From contig CAZAMQ010000002.1 of the NCBI GenBank assembly GCA_964486225.1, positions 1-61,562 of the forward strand: DNA of 61,562 nucleotides, read 5' to 3'. The translations under genes were made by a program, and so were the position numbers. The notes beneath the pieces are model-generated. The model saw only the letters and a program-made list of their open reading frames with translations. It was not told where the DNA came from and searched no databases. This document shows positions 43,711 through 53,868 of the stretch, piece after piece; the first letter of the stretch is position 1, and the number at the start of each line of letters is the position of its first letter. The stretch is from an uncultured Thermoplasmata archaeon (GTDB lineage Archaea; Thermoplasmatota; Thermoplasmata; Halarchaeoplasmatales; Halarchaeoplasmataceae).

Positions 43711-45084
43711 TCAACCGAAGAATTCCCTGTGTATCGCCTTCAGGGCACGCTCGACGTCCTTATCCTTGACGATGAAGTAGTAGGCCACCTTCGATGCTCC
43801 GCCGGACAGCATCTCGACGTTTATCTCCTGATCGGCAACGGCTGAAAATACCCTTGCGGCAAGTCCTTTGGTCTCCAACAGCCCTTCGCCCACCACCGCT
43901 ATGAGTGCGATATCCTCCTCCACGGTTACCTTGCCGATTATGTCTCCTGCAAGCTTTTTCACTGCCCTGAGACTTTCCTTTGAATCCTTCTCGTTAAGCA
44001 GCAGGTTGATGCACGTCTGTGAAGTAATTATGGAATATATGTTGATGCCCAGCTCAGATAAGTTGTTTCCGATATCCGAGATTATACCGGGCTTGTAACC
44101 GACGCCTGCACCGAATATCCTCAGCACGGATATCTTATCATTGTAGGTAACGCTCTTGATCACTCCTTCACGCTTGGTGGCCACAGAATGTATCTTCGTA
44201 CCCTCCGATCCCGGCTTGTGTATGTTACGTATGTAGATGGGTATACCGAGTTCGTTAAGGGGTTCCACCGTACGCGGATGCAGTATGTGGGCACCGAAAT
44301 AGGAGAGTTCCGCCGCCTCGTAGTACGATAGCTGTTCTATTCTTCGAGCTTCCCTGACCATCCCTGGGTCGGAAGTCATGAACCCGTCCACATCCTTCCA
44401 TATCTCAAGCGACTCCGCGTCAAGGGCGTTGGCGACCACCGCTGCGCTGTAGTCCGTTCCGTTGGGTCCGAAGGTGGTTATCTTACCTTCCTCGGTACAC
44501 CCGAAAAATCCCGTTATCACAGGTATCTTTCCATCTTTAACTACCGGTAATACTGACTGCTCGAAGTTTTTCTTTACAAGGGGTAGATCCGCGGTGGCGT
44601 TATCGGGATAATCATCTGTAAAAAGACCTATCTTATCGGATTCCATGGCAACGGCTTCTTTACCGCGGCCGGTGATCATACCGGCGAGAAGTACGGCCGA
44701 CAGTCTTTCGCCATATGATAATATGGTCGCTCTAACGTTCTCGCTGAGCTCTTCGGTGTAGGCGATCCCGTATAACAATCGTTCGAGTTTATCGAGTCGT
44801 AAGTCGATGGACTCCAGGGTCCTTTTCTTGATACGGATATCAGAAATACACGCTTCCGCCATCCCAGTGTGAATTTCACGTACGGAGGCTATCACCTTGG
44901 GTACGCTCTTCTCGGTAAAGACAGCCTTTTGGATCCCGTTCCTAAGCATTTCGGTAACACCGTACAGAGCGGATACCACAGGTATCTGATACTCCTCACT
45001 GCAGATGATGGTTATCACTCGTTCGAAGGTATCTTTATCCCTTAGACAATTCCCTCCGATCTTCAGTACTTTCATGACTAGCAT
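43711..45084 (-). CDS. aspartate kinase with C-terminal ACT domains
   Basis: 457 aa. KIGGN, GPNGTDYSAAVVANAL, WKDVDGFMTSDP. Overlaps the asd stop. Confidence 0.85.
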   Translation of the reverse strand: MLVMKVLKIGGNCLRDKDTFERVITIICSEEYQIPVVSALYGVTEMLRNGIQKAVFTEKSVPKVIASVREIHTGMAEACISDIRIKKRTLESIDLRLDKLERLLYGIAYTEELSENVRATILSYGERLSAVLLAGMITGRGKEAVAMESDKIGLFTDDYPDNATADLPLVKKNFEQSVLPVVKDGKIPVITGFFGCTEEGKITTFGPNGTDYSAAVVANALDAESLEIWKDVDGFMTSDPGMVREARRIEQLSYYEAAELSYFGAHILHPRTVEPLNELGIPIYIRNIHKPGSEGTKIHSVATKREGVIKSVTYNDKISVLRIFGAGVGYKPGIISDIGNNLSELGINIYSIITSQTCINLLLNEKDSKESLRAVKKLAGDIIGKVTVEEDIALIAVVGEGLLETKGLAARVFSAVADQEINVEMLSGGASKVAYYFIVKDKDVERALKAIHREFFG

Positions 45085-46163
45085 ATCCCCCTTTCCCTGA
45101 AGACGCCTTTCTTGAAGGCATACTCGGCGTTGAGCATACTTGCTCCCGCGGCACCCCTCACCGTATTGTGTACCAGTACCCAGAAATTGATCATGTTATC
45201 TTCCTTCTTCCTCACACATCCTACGGAAACGGCCATTCCCGCTGCCATTTCGGGTTTGCCGGCGTTCACGTCCATTGCGGGCTGCGGCCTGTCCTCCTGG
45301 TCCATGAACAGTACCGGGCTTTCCGGTGCGGACGGCAATCTGAGTTCCTGGGCAGGTCCTCTGAAGTTCTTCCAGATCCTTTCAAGCTCGTCGGTTTCAA
45401 CGTTACCCTCGAATTCGACGTTCACGTTCTCCAGATGCCCGTTGATCACAGGTACCCTTGCGCAGCTTGCGTGTACCGGCGTTTCCAGTTCGACTATCCT
45501 TCCCTTTTCATGGTCGAACCTGCCGAGTATCTTCTTGGTCTCGGCCTCCATGGCCTCTTCCTCGTTCCTTATGAACGGTATCACATTTCCCAGTATCGCC
45601 AGTGACGGTACGCCGGTGAGCCCGGCACCGCTGAGAGCCTGGTAGGTGACCACATTCACCGACCTGACCCCTAGTTCGAGGAGTGGGTACAGCCCCATGG
45701 TAAGGCCTGAAGCGGTGCAGTTGGAGTTGGTGACTATGAATCCCCGTTCAAAATTTTGGTGTTTGATGATATCAAGGTGCTCGCTGTTTATCTCGGGCAC
45801 TAGTATGGGAACCTTTTCTTCCATGCGGTTCGCCCGGGCGTTGGAGAATACCGGTATATCTTCCTTCGCAAGGTCTCTTTCGATGTCCTTGGCCGGTGCC
45901 GTAGGCAGTGCGGAGAATACGACGTCCACTTCATTCTTTTTTATCTCTTCAGTGGTTGTCCTTTTAAGCTCACGTTCCCTTACATACTCCGGCATCTCGT
46001 TACCCAGTGACCAGTTAACGTACTCACCGTACTTCATCCCTACGGATCTTTCCGATGAGGTCAGCATGACCAGCTCGAAATAGGGATGTTCGTCCAGCAT
46101 CCTGACGAATCGTTGACCTACCATTCCCGTACTGCCTATTATACCTGCTCTTATACGTTCCAT
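45078..46163 (-). CDS. asd: aspartate-semialdehyde dehydrogenase
   Basis: Start at MERIRAGIIGSTGMVGQRF. Active-site SNCTASG. Confidence 0.9.
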   Translation of the reverse strand: MERIRAGIIGSTGMVGQRFVRMLDEHPYFELVMLTSSERSVGMKYGEYVNWSLGNEMPEYVRERELKRTTTEEIKKNEVDVVFSALPTAPAKDIERDLAKEDIPVFSNARANRMEEKVPILVPEINSEHLDIIKHQNFERGFIVTNSNCTASGLTMGLYPLLELGVRSVNVVTYQALSGAGLTGVPSLAILGNVIPFIRNEEEAMEAETKKILGRFDHEKGRIVELETPVHASCARVPVINGHLENVNVEFEGNVETDELERIWKNFRGPAQELRLPSAPESPVLFMDQEDRPQPAMDVNAGKPEMAAGMAVSVGCVRKKEDNMINFWVLVHNTVRGAAGASMLNAEYAFKKGVFRERGIC

Positions 46164-46278
46164 TCCTTGATCACCTGGTTTGGCAATTCCGAATATGATG
46201 TGCATAAATAAAACTTTCGACAGGTGAGCCTGTCCCAAATCACAATATTAATTAAGTAGTATATTGTCAGAAATAGAC

Positions 46279-47040
46279 ATGGAAATAGTATTCATAGGAG
46301 GCGGTACCATCGCCAAGGCCATCTACAAAGGTCTGCCCAAGGAGCACGAGTACGTTGTGGTCAAGAGAAACCTCCAGGATGAGTTCTGGACTGGTGAGGC
46401 GGATCTTCAGCCGGCCGGCACGCCGGTCGAAGGTGATGTATACATACTGGCGGTAAAGCCCCTTTCCTTCGAGAAGGCCGTGGAACCCTTCAGGGGCAAT
46501 AGTCAAACCATCATATCGGTGATGGCGAGTATAAACTCCGAGATGCTGGTGAAACATCTAGATAACGAGAACGTAGTGAGATGCATGCCCAACCTGTCGG
46601 TGTGCATAGGCGAAGGTTACATACCCTACTGTTCGACCAGCGAGAAGGCTGAGGAAGATTTTACCGCAGTTTTCGGTAACCTGGGACACCTGGAGAGGAC
46701 GGAAGAGGAGTACATGGATGCTTTAACTGCTTTAACGGGTACGTCACCCCTGTACATCTCGGTATTCATCGATGCACTCCTGGACGCCGGCATCAAGGTG
46801 GGACTACCCAGGGAGATGGTCAGGAAGGCGGCAGTACAGTGTACCATCGGCGGTGCCAGATACCTTGAATGCGAGAAGATACATCCCATGGAACTCAAGG
46901 ACATGGTCTCATCACCCGCGGGTACCTCCATACACGCACTTCACAACCTGGAGAAGAGCGGTGTAAAGGCTGCGATCATAGACGCCGTGGAGATAGCCTA
47001 TTACCGGGCAAAGGAACTCAAGAGGATAAAAGAGGTTTGA
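46279..47040 (+). CDS. proC: pyrroline-5-carboxylate reductase
   Basis: MEIVFIGGGTIAKAI Rossmann motif. C-terminal SPAGTSIHALHNLEKSGV motif. Confidence 0.8.
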   Translation: MEIVFIGGGTIAKAIYKGLPKEHEYVVVKRNLQDEFWTGEADLQPAGTPVEGDVYILAVKPLSFEKAVEPFRGNSQTIISVMASINSEMLVKHLDNENVVRCMPNLSVCIGEGYIPYCSTSEKAEEDFTAVFGNLGHLERTEEEYMDALTALTGTSPLYISVFIDALLDAGIKVGLPREMVRKAAVQCTIGGARYLECEKIHPMELKDMVSSPAGTSIHALHNLEKSGVKAAIIDAVEIAYYRAKELKRIKEV

Positions 47041-47135
47041 ACGATACACTTTTATCTTACCCTTTCCTGCATATGCCAAGGAATGTCTACGAATGTATAA
47101 TTATATACATCGCATCTACATTCGGAGATGAAAGG

Positions 47136-47930
47136 ATGAAGAAGGATCTATTCACGGAATCGGCAAGACTTGCCAAGGTAACCAAGAGTCTCAGGGAGAG
47201 CTTTGAGATGTGGAACTACAACGAGATCTTCCTGCCGTCGGTGGAGAGGTACGACCACGGGCTGAGGAAGGGGCTCAAGATGGCGACCCATGACGATTAT
47301 TACTTGATAAAGCCGGACGTTACATCACAGATAGCCGTCAACATAAAGGACGACAGAAGTTTGAGGCTGTTCTACATCTCGGAGGTACTCGACGGTCTGT
47401 CGGGTGAATGGCAGGCGGGTATAGAGTTCATCGGTGGCGAAAGAAATGACATGGAGGCGGAGGTGCTGAGGATAGTCATGGACAGTCTGGACAAACTGGA
47501 TATTACCGATTTCTATGTGGATATAGGCAGTCTCAAGGTATGGAAAGATGCCGTAAGAGATATACCAAAAAACGAAAAGGCGGTATTCAACGCGCTGAGA
47601 AGCAGGAACTTCGGTATCATCGAGGAACTGGACCTTAAAGAGGATAAGACGGAAGAGCTCTGGAACCTGTTCAACTTCAGGGGTAAAGAGTGCGGCAGCG
47701 CAAGGATAGACGACTTGGTGAAGGAGGTAGACGACGACAGGATATTCATCGATTTCGGAACGGTAAGACCTCTTCCCTACTATGATGATATGATCGTCGA
47801 GGTGTACTCCCCTGAACTTGGATACCCCATCGGTGCCGGGGGGGACTACGTGATAAACGGTTTGCAGGCCTTCGGATTCGCCTTCAAACTCAAAGGGCTG
47901 GTGGAGCTACGGGGAGGTATGATACCCTGA
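47136..47930 (+). CDS. hisZ: ATP phosphoribosyltransferase regulatory subunit (HisRS-like)
   Basis: Start at ATG 47136 (MKKDLFTE). Class-II aaRS-like core without an anticodon-binding domain. Immediately precedes a short-form hisG. Confidence 0.65.
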   Translation: MKKDLFTESARLAKVTKSLRESFEMWNYNEIFLPSVERYDHGLRKGLKMATHDDYYLIKPDVTSQIAVNIKDDRSLRLFYISEVLDGLSGEWQAGIEFIGGERNDMEAEVLRIVMDSLDKLDITDFYVDIGSLKVWKDAVRDIPKNEKAVFNALRSRNFGIIEELDLKEDKTEELWNLFNFRGKECGSARIDDLVKEVDDDRIFIDFGTVRPLPYYDDMIVEVYSPELGYPIGAGGDYVINGLQAFGFAFKLKGLVELRGGMIP

Positions 47931-48544
47931 AGATAGTACTTCCAAAAGGAAGGCTCTACGACGACTGCTACCGCTTACTGCGCAAGGTGGGCGTGGATAT
48001 AACCTCGCCTGAAAACAGAAAACTTACCTCAAGAACGGACGATTACCAACTCTTCTTGGCTAAAGCCTTCGACGTGCCGGTTTATGTGGAGCACGGAGTG
48101 GATATCGGTATATCCGGTATGGACGTACTACTGGAGCAGGGCAGCGATGTACTGGTGCCCCTGGAGCTTCCCTTCGGAAAGTGCCGGTTATCACTGGCCA
48201 TGCCGGAGTGGAACGTGAAGGAGCCGGAAGAGCTGGATGGGTACAGTATCGGTACGACCTACGTAAATATAGTACGCAAATATTTCGACGAGATGGGCGT
48301 TGATGTGGAAGTGTTCAAGCTCAACGGTGCCGTCGAGCTGGCCCCCAGCATAGGTATCGCTGATGCGATAGTTGATATCGTGGAGTCCGGCAGCACTTTG
48401 AAGGCGAACGGTATGGTGGAAGTACACAAACTGATGGATATCTCGGCCATACTGATAGTGAACCGGGTTTCCCAGAAGATAAAGTACGAAAACGTTAACG
48501 CTCTTATAAGGAACATACGGAAGGTGATCAAAGATGGATATTGA
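47927..48544 (+). CDS. hisG: ATP phosphoribosyltransferase, short form (start codon unresolved)
   Basis: The conserved N-terminus LKIVLPKGRLYDD begins at CTG 47927. The first canonical start (GTG 47987) lies after it. GISGMDVLLE and DIVESGSTLKANG motifs. Confidence 0.8.
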   Translation: MKIVLPKGRLYDDCYRLLRKVGVDITSPENRKLTSRTDDYQLFLAKAFDVPVYVEHGVDIGISGMDVLLEQGSDVLVPLELPFGKCRLSLAMPEWNVKEPEELDGYSIGTTYVNIVRKYFDEMGVDVEVFKLNGAVELAPSIGIADAIVDIVESGSTLKANGMVEVHKLMDISAILIVNRVSQKIKYENVNALIRNIRKVIKDGY

Positions 48545-49655
48545 AAAGTACGTAGCGGGTATACTGGAGGATATCAGGGAGAGGGGTTTGACCGCCGTAC
48601 AGGAATATTCGGAAAAGTTCGACGGCTACGGCGGTGATATAAAGGTATATCCGGAAGAATTTACCGAAATAGATTCCATACCGGACGAGCACAAAGAGGT
48701 CATCCGCAAAGTGATAAGCAGGGTGATGAAGGTACACGAAAAACAGGTGAGACCGGACGAATTGTACCATGAAGATGGCGTTACCTACGGGTTGATGTAC
48801 AGATCTATCCACAGGGTGGGGCTCTACGTTCCCGGGGGTAGACCCCTGCCATCGTCCCTTATCATGATGGGAGTTCCCGCTCGGCTGGCAGGTGTTGATG
48901 AGATAGTCGTCGCCACTCCCTCACCTAATGGACGTATCGACCCCTACACTCTTTTCATAGCCCGGGAGCTCGAGATAGACGAGGTGTACAAGGTGGGCGG
49001 TGCCCAGGCAGTGGGGGCCATGGCATACGGCATAGGCATGAAGAGTGTTGACAAGATATTCGGCCCGGGTAATAGATACGTTACCGAGGCGAAGAGGCAG
49101 GTATACGGAACCGTTGGTATAGACTGCCTTGCAGGGCCTTCGGAGGTATGCATAATCGCAGATCACACCGCGTCAAAGGAGCGGGTACTAGCGGACCTCA
49201 TGGCCCAAGTCGAGCACGGGAAGGATTCAAGGGGATGGTTACTGAGCACATCGAAAGAGTTGTGCGAGTACTGCGACAGAGAGGGTGTTTCGGTTTATCA
49301 CGAAAGAAGTCTGGAGAGTTGTGTGACGATCTCCAACAAACTGGCACCCGAACACCTTCAGCTCATGACCGAAAGGAATTCGGAGCTGCTGCAGGAGATA
49401 AAAAGTGCCGGTGCTGTCTATATGGGTGAATATACACCCGCCGCCGCTTGCGACTACTTCGTTGGTGTGAATCACGTTCTACCTACGGGAGGTGCGGCGA
49501 ATTATTCTTCCGTACTTACAGTTCTTGATTTCATGAAACGCATTTCCCTTGCAGAGATGTCCGAAGAAGAGTACGGATCCAATAAGGCTCTGGGTGTATG
49601 CATGGCAGAGATCGAAGGTTTGAAAGAACACAAAAGATCAATGGAGGAAAGATAA
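48534..49655 (+). CDS. hisD: histidinol dehydrogenase
   Basis: 373 aa. GGAQAVGAMAYG, GPGNRYVTEAKR, AGPSEV, EHL. Confidence 0.9.
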   Translation: MDIEKYVAGILEDIRERGLTAVQEYSEKFDGYGGDIKVYPEEFTEIDSIPDEHKEVIRKVISRVMKVHEKQVRPDELYHEDGVTYGLMYRSIHRVGLYVPGGRPLPSSLIMMGVPARLAGVDEIVVATPSPNGRIDPYTLFIARELEIDEVYKVGGAQAVGAMAYGIGMKSVDKIFGPGNRYVTEAKRQVYGTVGIDCLAGPSEVCIIADHTASKERVLADLMAQVEHGKDSRGWLLSTSKELCEYCDREGVSVYHERSLESCVTISNKLAPEHLQLMTERNSELLQEIKSAGAVYMGEYTPAAACDYFVGVNHVLPTGGAANYSSVLTVLDFMKRISLAEMSEEEYGSNKALGVCMAEIEGLKEHKRSMEER

Positions 49656-50185
49656 TGGAAAGAAAGACGAGAGAAGTAGAGATATCGGTTAATATAGATG
49701 AAGAAGGCGAGATAGATACCGGTGACAAGGTATTCGACCACCTGCTTACCTCTTTATCCTTTTACATGGAGAGAGAGTTGGCGATCAAGGCGTCGTGGGA
49801 TCTAAGGCACCACCTATGGGAAGACCTGGGTCTTACATTGGGTGAAGAGCTCAGGGATGATATCAAGGACAAGAACATAGTTCGTTTCGGCAACGCCGTT
49901 GTGCCCATGGACGACGCACTTGTACTGGTTTCAGTCGACATTTCAAGACCGTACCTTAAGTTCGATGTGGATATATGCGAGCCCGAGGAGGGCTTCCAGG
50001 AGACACTTGCTAGGGAATTCCTGTGGGCGCTTGCCAAGAGTCTTAGTGTAACGGTACACGTAAAACAGCTCAACGGTATAAACGGCCACCACGTCATCGA
50101 GGCGGTTTTCAAGGCCCTGGGCATGGCGTTGAAGGATGCCATGAGCGACAGTGAGGGGTTGAGATCGACCAAAGGAGTGCTCTGA
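49655..50185 (+). CDS. hisB: imidazoleglycerol-phosphate dehydratase
   Basis: ATG 49655 overlaps the hisD TAA. RKTREVEISVNID, HHLWEDLGLTLG, GINGHHVIEAVFKALG. Confidence 0.9.
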   Translation: MERKTREVEISVNIDEEGEIDTGDKVFDHLLTSLSFYMERELAIKASWDLRHHLWEDLGLTLGEELRDDIKDKNIVRFGNAVVPMDDALVLVSVDISRPYLKFDVDICEPEEGFQETLAREFLWALAKSLSVTVHVKQLNGINGHHVIEAVFKALGMALKDAMSDSEGLRSTKGVL

Positions 50186-50785
50186 TTGTCAAACGATACG
50201 GTGATCCTGGACCTCGGCATAGGCAACCTTTCCAACGTCCAAAAGGTGACCGGCGGTAAGGTGACCCACGATACGGATGATATATCACGGGCAGAAAAGA
50301 TAATACTTCCAGGTGTGGGTAATTTCGGAGAGATTATGAGGTCGTTACAGTCCGTAAAGAACGATATCATAGATGCTGCCAAAGAAGACAAATACATACT
50401 AGGTATATGCCTCGGCATGCAGCTTTTTTTCGATACGAGTGAGGAAGGCAAAGGTGAAGGACTCGGTCTTATCGACGGGGTCGTATCCAGGTTCAAGGGC
50501 GTGAGAACACCTCACATCGGCTGGAACAGGCTATTTATCGAGAGGGAATGTCCCCTGTTGCGGGGAATAACAGATGAAAGCTACTTTTACTTCGTGCATT
50601 CCTACTTCGTAGAACCGGAGGATACGAACTGTGTGGCGGGAACCACCGTCTACGGAAAGAAATTTACGGTAAGGTTCCCATCGGTCATCTGGAACGATAA
50701 TGTATTCGGCGTACAGTTCCACCCGGAAAAATCCAGTGCCGTCGGCTTAAGGCTGCTGAAAAACTTCAAGGAGCTCAGTACATGA
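50186..50785 (+). CDS. hisH: imidazole glycerol phosphate synthase, glutaminase subunit
   Basis: 199 aa. GICLGMQ nucleophile, VQFHPEKS. Confidence 0.9.
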   Translation: MSNDTVILDLGIGNLSNVQKVTGGKVTHDTDDISRAEKIILPGVGNFGEIMRSLQSVKNDIIDAAKEDKYILGICLGMQLFFDTSEEGKGEGLGLIDGVVSRFKGVRTPHIGWNRLFIERECPLLRGITDESYFYFVHSYFVEPEDTNCVAGTTVYGKKFTVRFPSVIWNDNVFGVQFHPEKSSAVGLRLLKNFKELST

Positions 50786-51483
50786 ATATTTATCCGGCGA
50801 TAGACCTTATGGACGGCAGGGCGGTGAGGCTGTTCAAGGGCGAGAAGGAGAGCAAGAAGGTTTACGGAGACCCACTGAAGATGGCCGAGGATTTTTCACA
50901 TGTAGTGGACAAGATACACGTGATCGATCTTGACGGCGCCTTCCAGGGAGGTTCCAGGAACCTGGAGGTGGTGGAAAGCATTATAGCGGAAACGGGGCTG
51001 AAGGTACAGTTGGGAGGAGGTTTCAGGGATATTGGAGGGGTGAGGAAGGCGTATTCGGCGGGTGTTGAGAACGTGATCATCGGTACCAAGGCTTTCGACT
51101 TCGGTTTTTTACGTGCGGTGACGGACGAATTCGACGGTATAACCGTGAGCCTGGACTGCCGGGCCGGTAAGATAGCTCTTTCAGGCTGGGAAGAACAGGT
51201 CGATATCGCACTGAGTGATGCATACGACATGGTAAGAAAGTACGTTGACAGGATGATCTACACGGATATAGAAAAGGACGGTACCCTTGACGGCATCTCA
51301 TTGAAGGATAAGTTCTGGGATGACGATGAGATGATATACGCGGGCGGTGTGACCGGTATGGAAGATATCGTTAAATTGAACGACATAGGCTTTTCCGGTG
51401 TCATCATCGGTAAGGCGATCTACGAAGGAAATTTAAATATCAACGAAGTGATGGAAAAAATAGGTGAATTACATGTTGGCTAA
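50782..51483 (+). CDS. hisA: ProFAR isomerase
   Basis: 233 aa. IYPAIDLMDGRAVRL, GGGFRD, (beta/alpha)8 pattern. Confidence 0.9.
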   Translation: MNIYPAIDLMDGRAVRLFKGEKESKKVYGDPLKMAEDFSHVVDKIHVIDLDGAFQGGSRNLEVVESIIAETGLKVQLGGGFRDIGGVRKAYSAGVENVIIGTKAFDFGFLRAVTDEFDGITVSLDCRAGKIALSGWEEQVDIALSDAYDMVRKYVDRMIYTDIEKDGTLDGISLKDKFWDDDEMIYAGGVTGMEDIVKLNDIGFSGVIIGKAIYEGNLNINEVMEKIGELHVG

Positions 51484-52225
51484 GAGGATAATCGCGGCAC
51501 TGGACATAAAGGGCGGCAGAGTTGTAAAAGGCGTAAAGTTCGTCAATCTCAGGGATGCGGGAGACCCCGTGGAGCTTGCCAAGAGGTACGAGGATGAAGG
51601 CGTGGACGAGATAGTATTTTTGGATATAACAGCATCCAACGAGAAACGTGATATACTGAAGGAACTGGTCAGGACCGTCGCCACGAACGTAAACATTCCC
51701 TTCACCGTGGGCGGAGGACTAAAGGATGTCGACGGTATAAGAGAGATAGTTAGGGACGGTGCGGACAAGGTGTTCATCAACACCGCCGCCGTTGAAGGCC
51801 CTGGTTTGATAAGGGAAGTATCGGAAACCCTGGGCTCTTCCAACCTGGTTATCGCCGTTGATGCCAAGTGGAACGGCGACTACTGGGAGGTTTACACCCA
51901 CGGCGGGCGAAAACCAAGAGGTATCGATGTGATAGAATGGGCAAAGGAGGTTGAAGAGTTGGGTGCCGGTGAGATACTCCTCACTTCCATGGACACCGAC
52001 GGTATGAAGGACGGTTACGATATACCCATGCTCAGGGAGGTGGTTAGTGCCGTAAGCATACCGGTGGTGGCCTCCGGGGGCGCCGGTAAACCGGAACATT
52101 TCAAGGAGGCTTTCGAGGTGGATGCGAGCGCAGCACTGGCGGCTTCGGTATTCCACTACGAAGAGATCAATATCGGAGAGTTAAAAAAATATCTGGATGA
52201 GAGTGGTATAGATGTCAGACTCTGA
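51473..52225 (+). CDS. hisF: imidazole glycerol phosphate synthase, cyclase subunit
   Basis: [45 protein letters not shown]. Confidence 0.9.
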   Translation: MLAKRIIAALDIKGGRVVKGVKFVNLRDAGDPVELAKRYEDEGVDEIVFLDITASNEKRDILKELVRTVATNVNIPFTVGGGLKDVDGIREIVRDGADKVFINTAAVEGPGLIREVSETLGSSNLVIAVDAKWNGDYWEVYTHGGRKPRGIDVIEWAKEVEELGAGEILLTSMDTDGMKDGYDIPMLREVVSAVSIPVVASGGAGKPEHFKEAFEVDASAALAASVFHYEEINIGELKKYLDESGIDVRL

Positions 52226-52850
52226 GAAGAAGCTTGAAGAGGTAAGATGGGGGCCCGATGGCCTGGTTCCCGTGGTTACACAGGAGATCGACGGAGAGGT
52301 GCTTACGCTGGCCTATCTTGACCGGGAAGCACTTCGAAAGAGTATCGAAACGGGTTACGCACATTACTTTTCAAGGAGCAAGAACAGGATACGGATGAAG
52401 GGAGAGACCAGCGGTAACGTTCAACGGATAATCAAGATGATGACGGACTGCGACGAAGATGCGGTACTGTTCGTGGTAGAACAGGAAGGTGATGCGTGCC
52501 ACACCGGCAGAAAAACATGTTTCCACAGAGAGCTGGGGGCAGAGTTAGAAGAGCGCGAAGGCGGTATCGACTACTCGCTGCAGATACTGAAGGAGTTAGA
52601 GGCATTGATCAGGGAGAGGAAGAGAGAGCCAGTGGAGGGTTCTTACACCTGTAAACTCTTTGAAAAGGGTAGGGAAAAGATATACAAGAAGGTAGGCGAA
52701 GAACTTGTCGAGGTTTTGATCGCTGAGAAAAGAGATGATATAACCTACGAAAGCGCGGACCTCCTTTACCACTTACTGGTTTTACTCGCGTACAACGATA
52801 TCGAGCTGGCAGAGGTGATGGAGGAACTGAACCTTCGACGGAAGGGGTAA
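52212..52850 (+). CDS. hisIE: bifunctional phosphoribosyl-AMP cyclohydrolase / phosphoribosyl-ATP pyrophosphatase
   Basis: 212 aa. DGLVPVVTQE, DCDEDAVLFVVEQEGDACHTG, then C-terminal ELVEVLIA..ESADLLYHLLVLL. Confidence 0.9.
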   Translation: MSDSEKKLEEVRWGPDGLVPVVTQEIDGEVLTLAYLDREALRKSIETGYAHYFSRSKNRIRMKGETSGNVQRIIKMMTDCDEDAVLFVVEQEGDACHTGRKTCFHRELGAELEEREGGIDYSLQILKELEALIRERKREPVEGSYTCKLFEKGREKIYKKVGEELVEVLIAEKRDDITYESADLLYHLLVLLAYNDIELAEVMEELNLRRKG

Positions 52851-52859
52851 GGTGGTCAG

Positions 52860-53867
52860 ATGTTCAGGAAGGAAGTAAGATATTTCGAAAGCTACGAGAC
52901 GATGAAGGGTGACCACCGTATATGGCTGGACAAGAACGAATCCCCCTTCGATATACCCGATGAGCTAAAGGATAGGATATTCGACGAACTGAAAAAGATA
53001 GAGTTCAATCGCTATCCCGACATAAGCGGTCTTCCTCTGAGAGAGAAACTCGCCACTCACCTCAGTCTCGACGTGTCCAATATCGTGGTGGGTAACGGCA
53101 GTGACCAGCTAATCGATGGCATACTCGACCTCTTCGTGGGTAACCAGGTCGTCATACACTCGCCCACCTTCGGAATGTACTCGTTCTACGCCAAAAAGAA
53201 GGGTCTTGAACTCGTGGATATACCACTGGACGAAGATCACGACCTGCCGTGCATGGATAGCTACGGAGACGATGTAAAGGTAATCTTCATCTGCTCGCCC
53301 AACACACCCACGGGTAATATGATCAGCAGGGATAAGATAGTGGATGTACTGGAAAAGGGATATCCTGTGGTACTCGACGAGGCCTACATCGACTTTGCCC
53401 GGGGAAGTAACATCGACCTGGTGGAAGAGTATGAAAATCTCATAGTACTTAGGACCCTTTCCAAGGCATACGGCCTGGCAGCCATGAGGGTGGGATATGC
53501 GGTTGCTCAACCCTCGGTGATGCTGCAGTTATCCAAGATAGTGTCGCCCTTCATCATCAATAAGATATCCATGAAGATGGCTGAGATGATGCTTGAACAG
53601 AAAGAGCTGATTCGTGAACGGGTAGAATACATAAAAAACGAACGTGAAAAGTTGATCTCCGAGTTTTCCGAGTATGCGTATCCGTCGGAGACAAATTTTG
53701 TGATGTTGGATCTCGATGCCTACGAGTATTTACTTGAACAAGGGATAGTGGTGAGAAAGCTGGACGGCAGGCTGAAGGGCAAGATACGGGTAACGGTTGG
53801 CACCGTTGAAGAGAACAGAGAAGTGACAGATGCGTTGAAGGATTTTTTATGTTCGCAAAGGTGTTGA
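52860..53867 (+). CDS. hisC: histidinol-phosphate aminotransferase
   Basis: 335 aa. LDKNESPF, NPNTPTG-like SPNTPTGN, PLP lysine in LRTLSKAYGLAAMRVGY. Confidence 0.9.
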   Translation: MFRKEVRYFESYETMKGDHRIWLDKNESPFDIPDELKDRIFDELKKIEFNRYPDISGLPLREKLATHLSLDVSNIVVGNGSDQLIDGILDLFVGNQVVIHSPTFGMYSFYAKKKGLELVDIPLDEDHDLPCMDSYGDDVKVIFICSPNTPTGNMISRDKIVDVLEKGYPVVLDEAYIDFARGSNIDLVEEYENLIVLRTLSKAYGLAAMRVGYAVAQPSVMLQLSKIVSPFIINKISMKMAEMMLEQKELIRERVEYIKNEREKLISEFSEYAYPSETNFVMLDLDAYEYLLEQGIVVRKLDGRLKGKIRVTVGTVEENREVTDALKDFLCSQRC

Positions 53868-53868
53868 A

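Noticed and set aside
46869-47135. N-terminal 89-codon extension of the hisZ ORF
   Set aside because: It overlaps the 3' end of proC in another frame and has no HisZ-like sequence. ATG 47136 (MKKDLF..), downstream of a TATA-like ATAATTATAT, is the plausible start.
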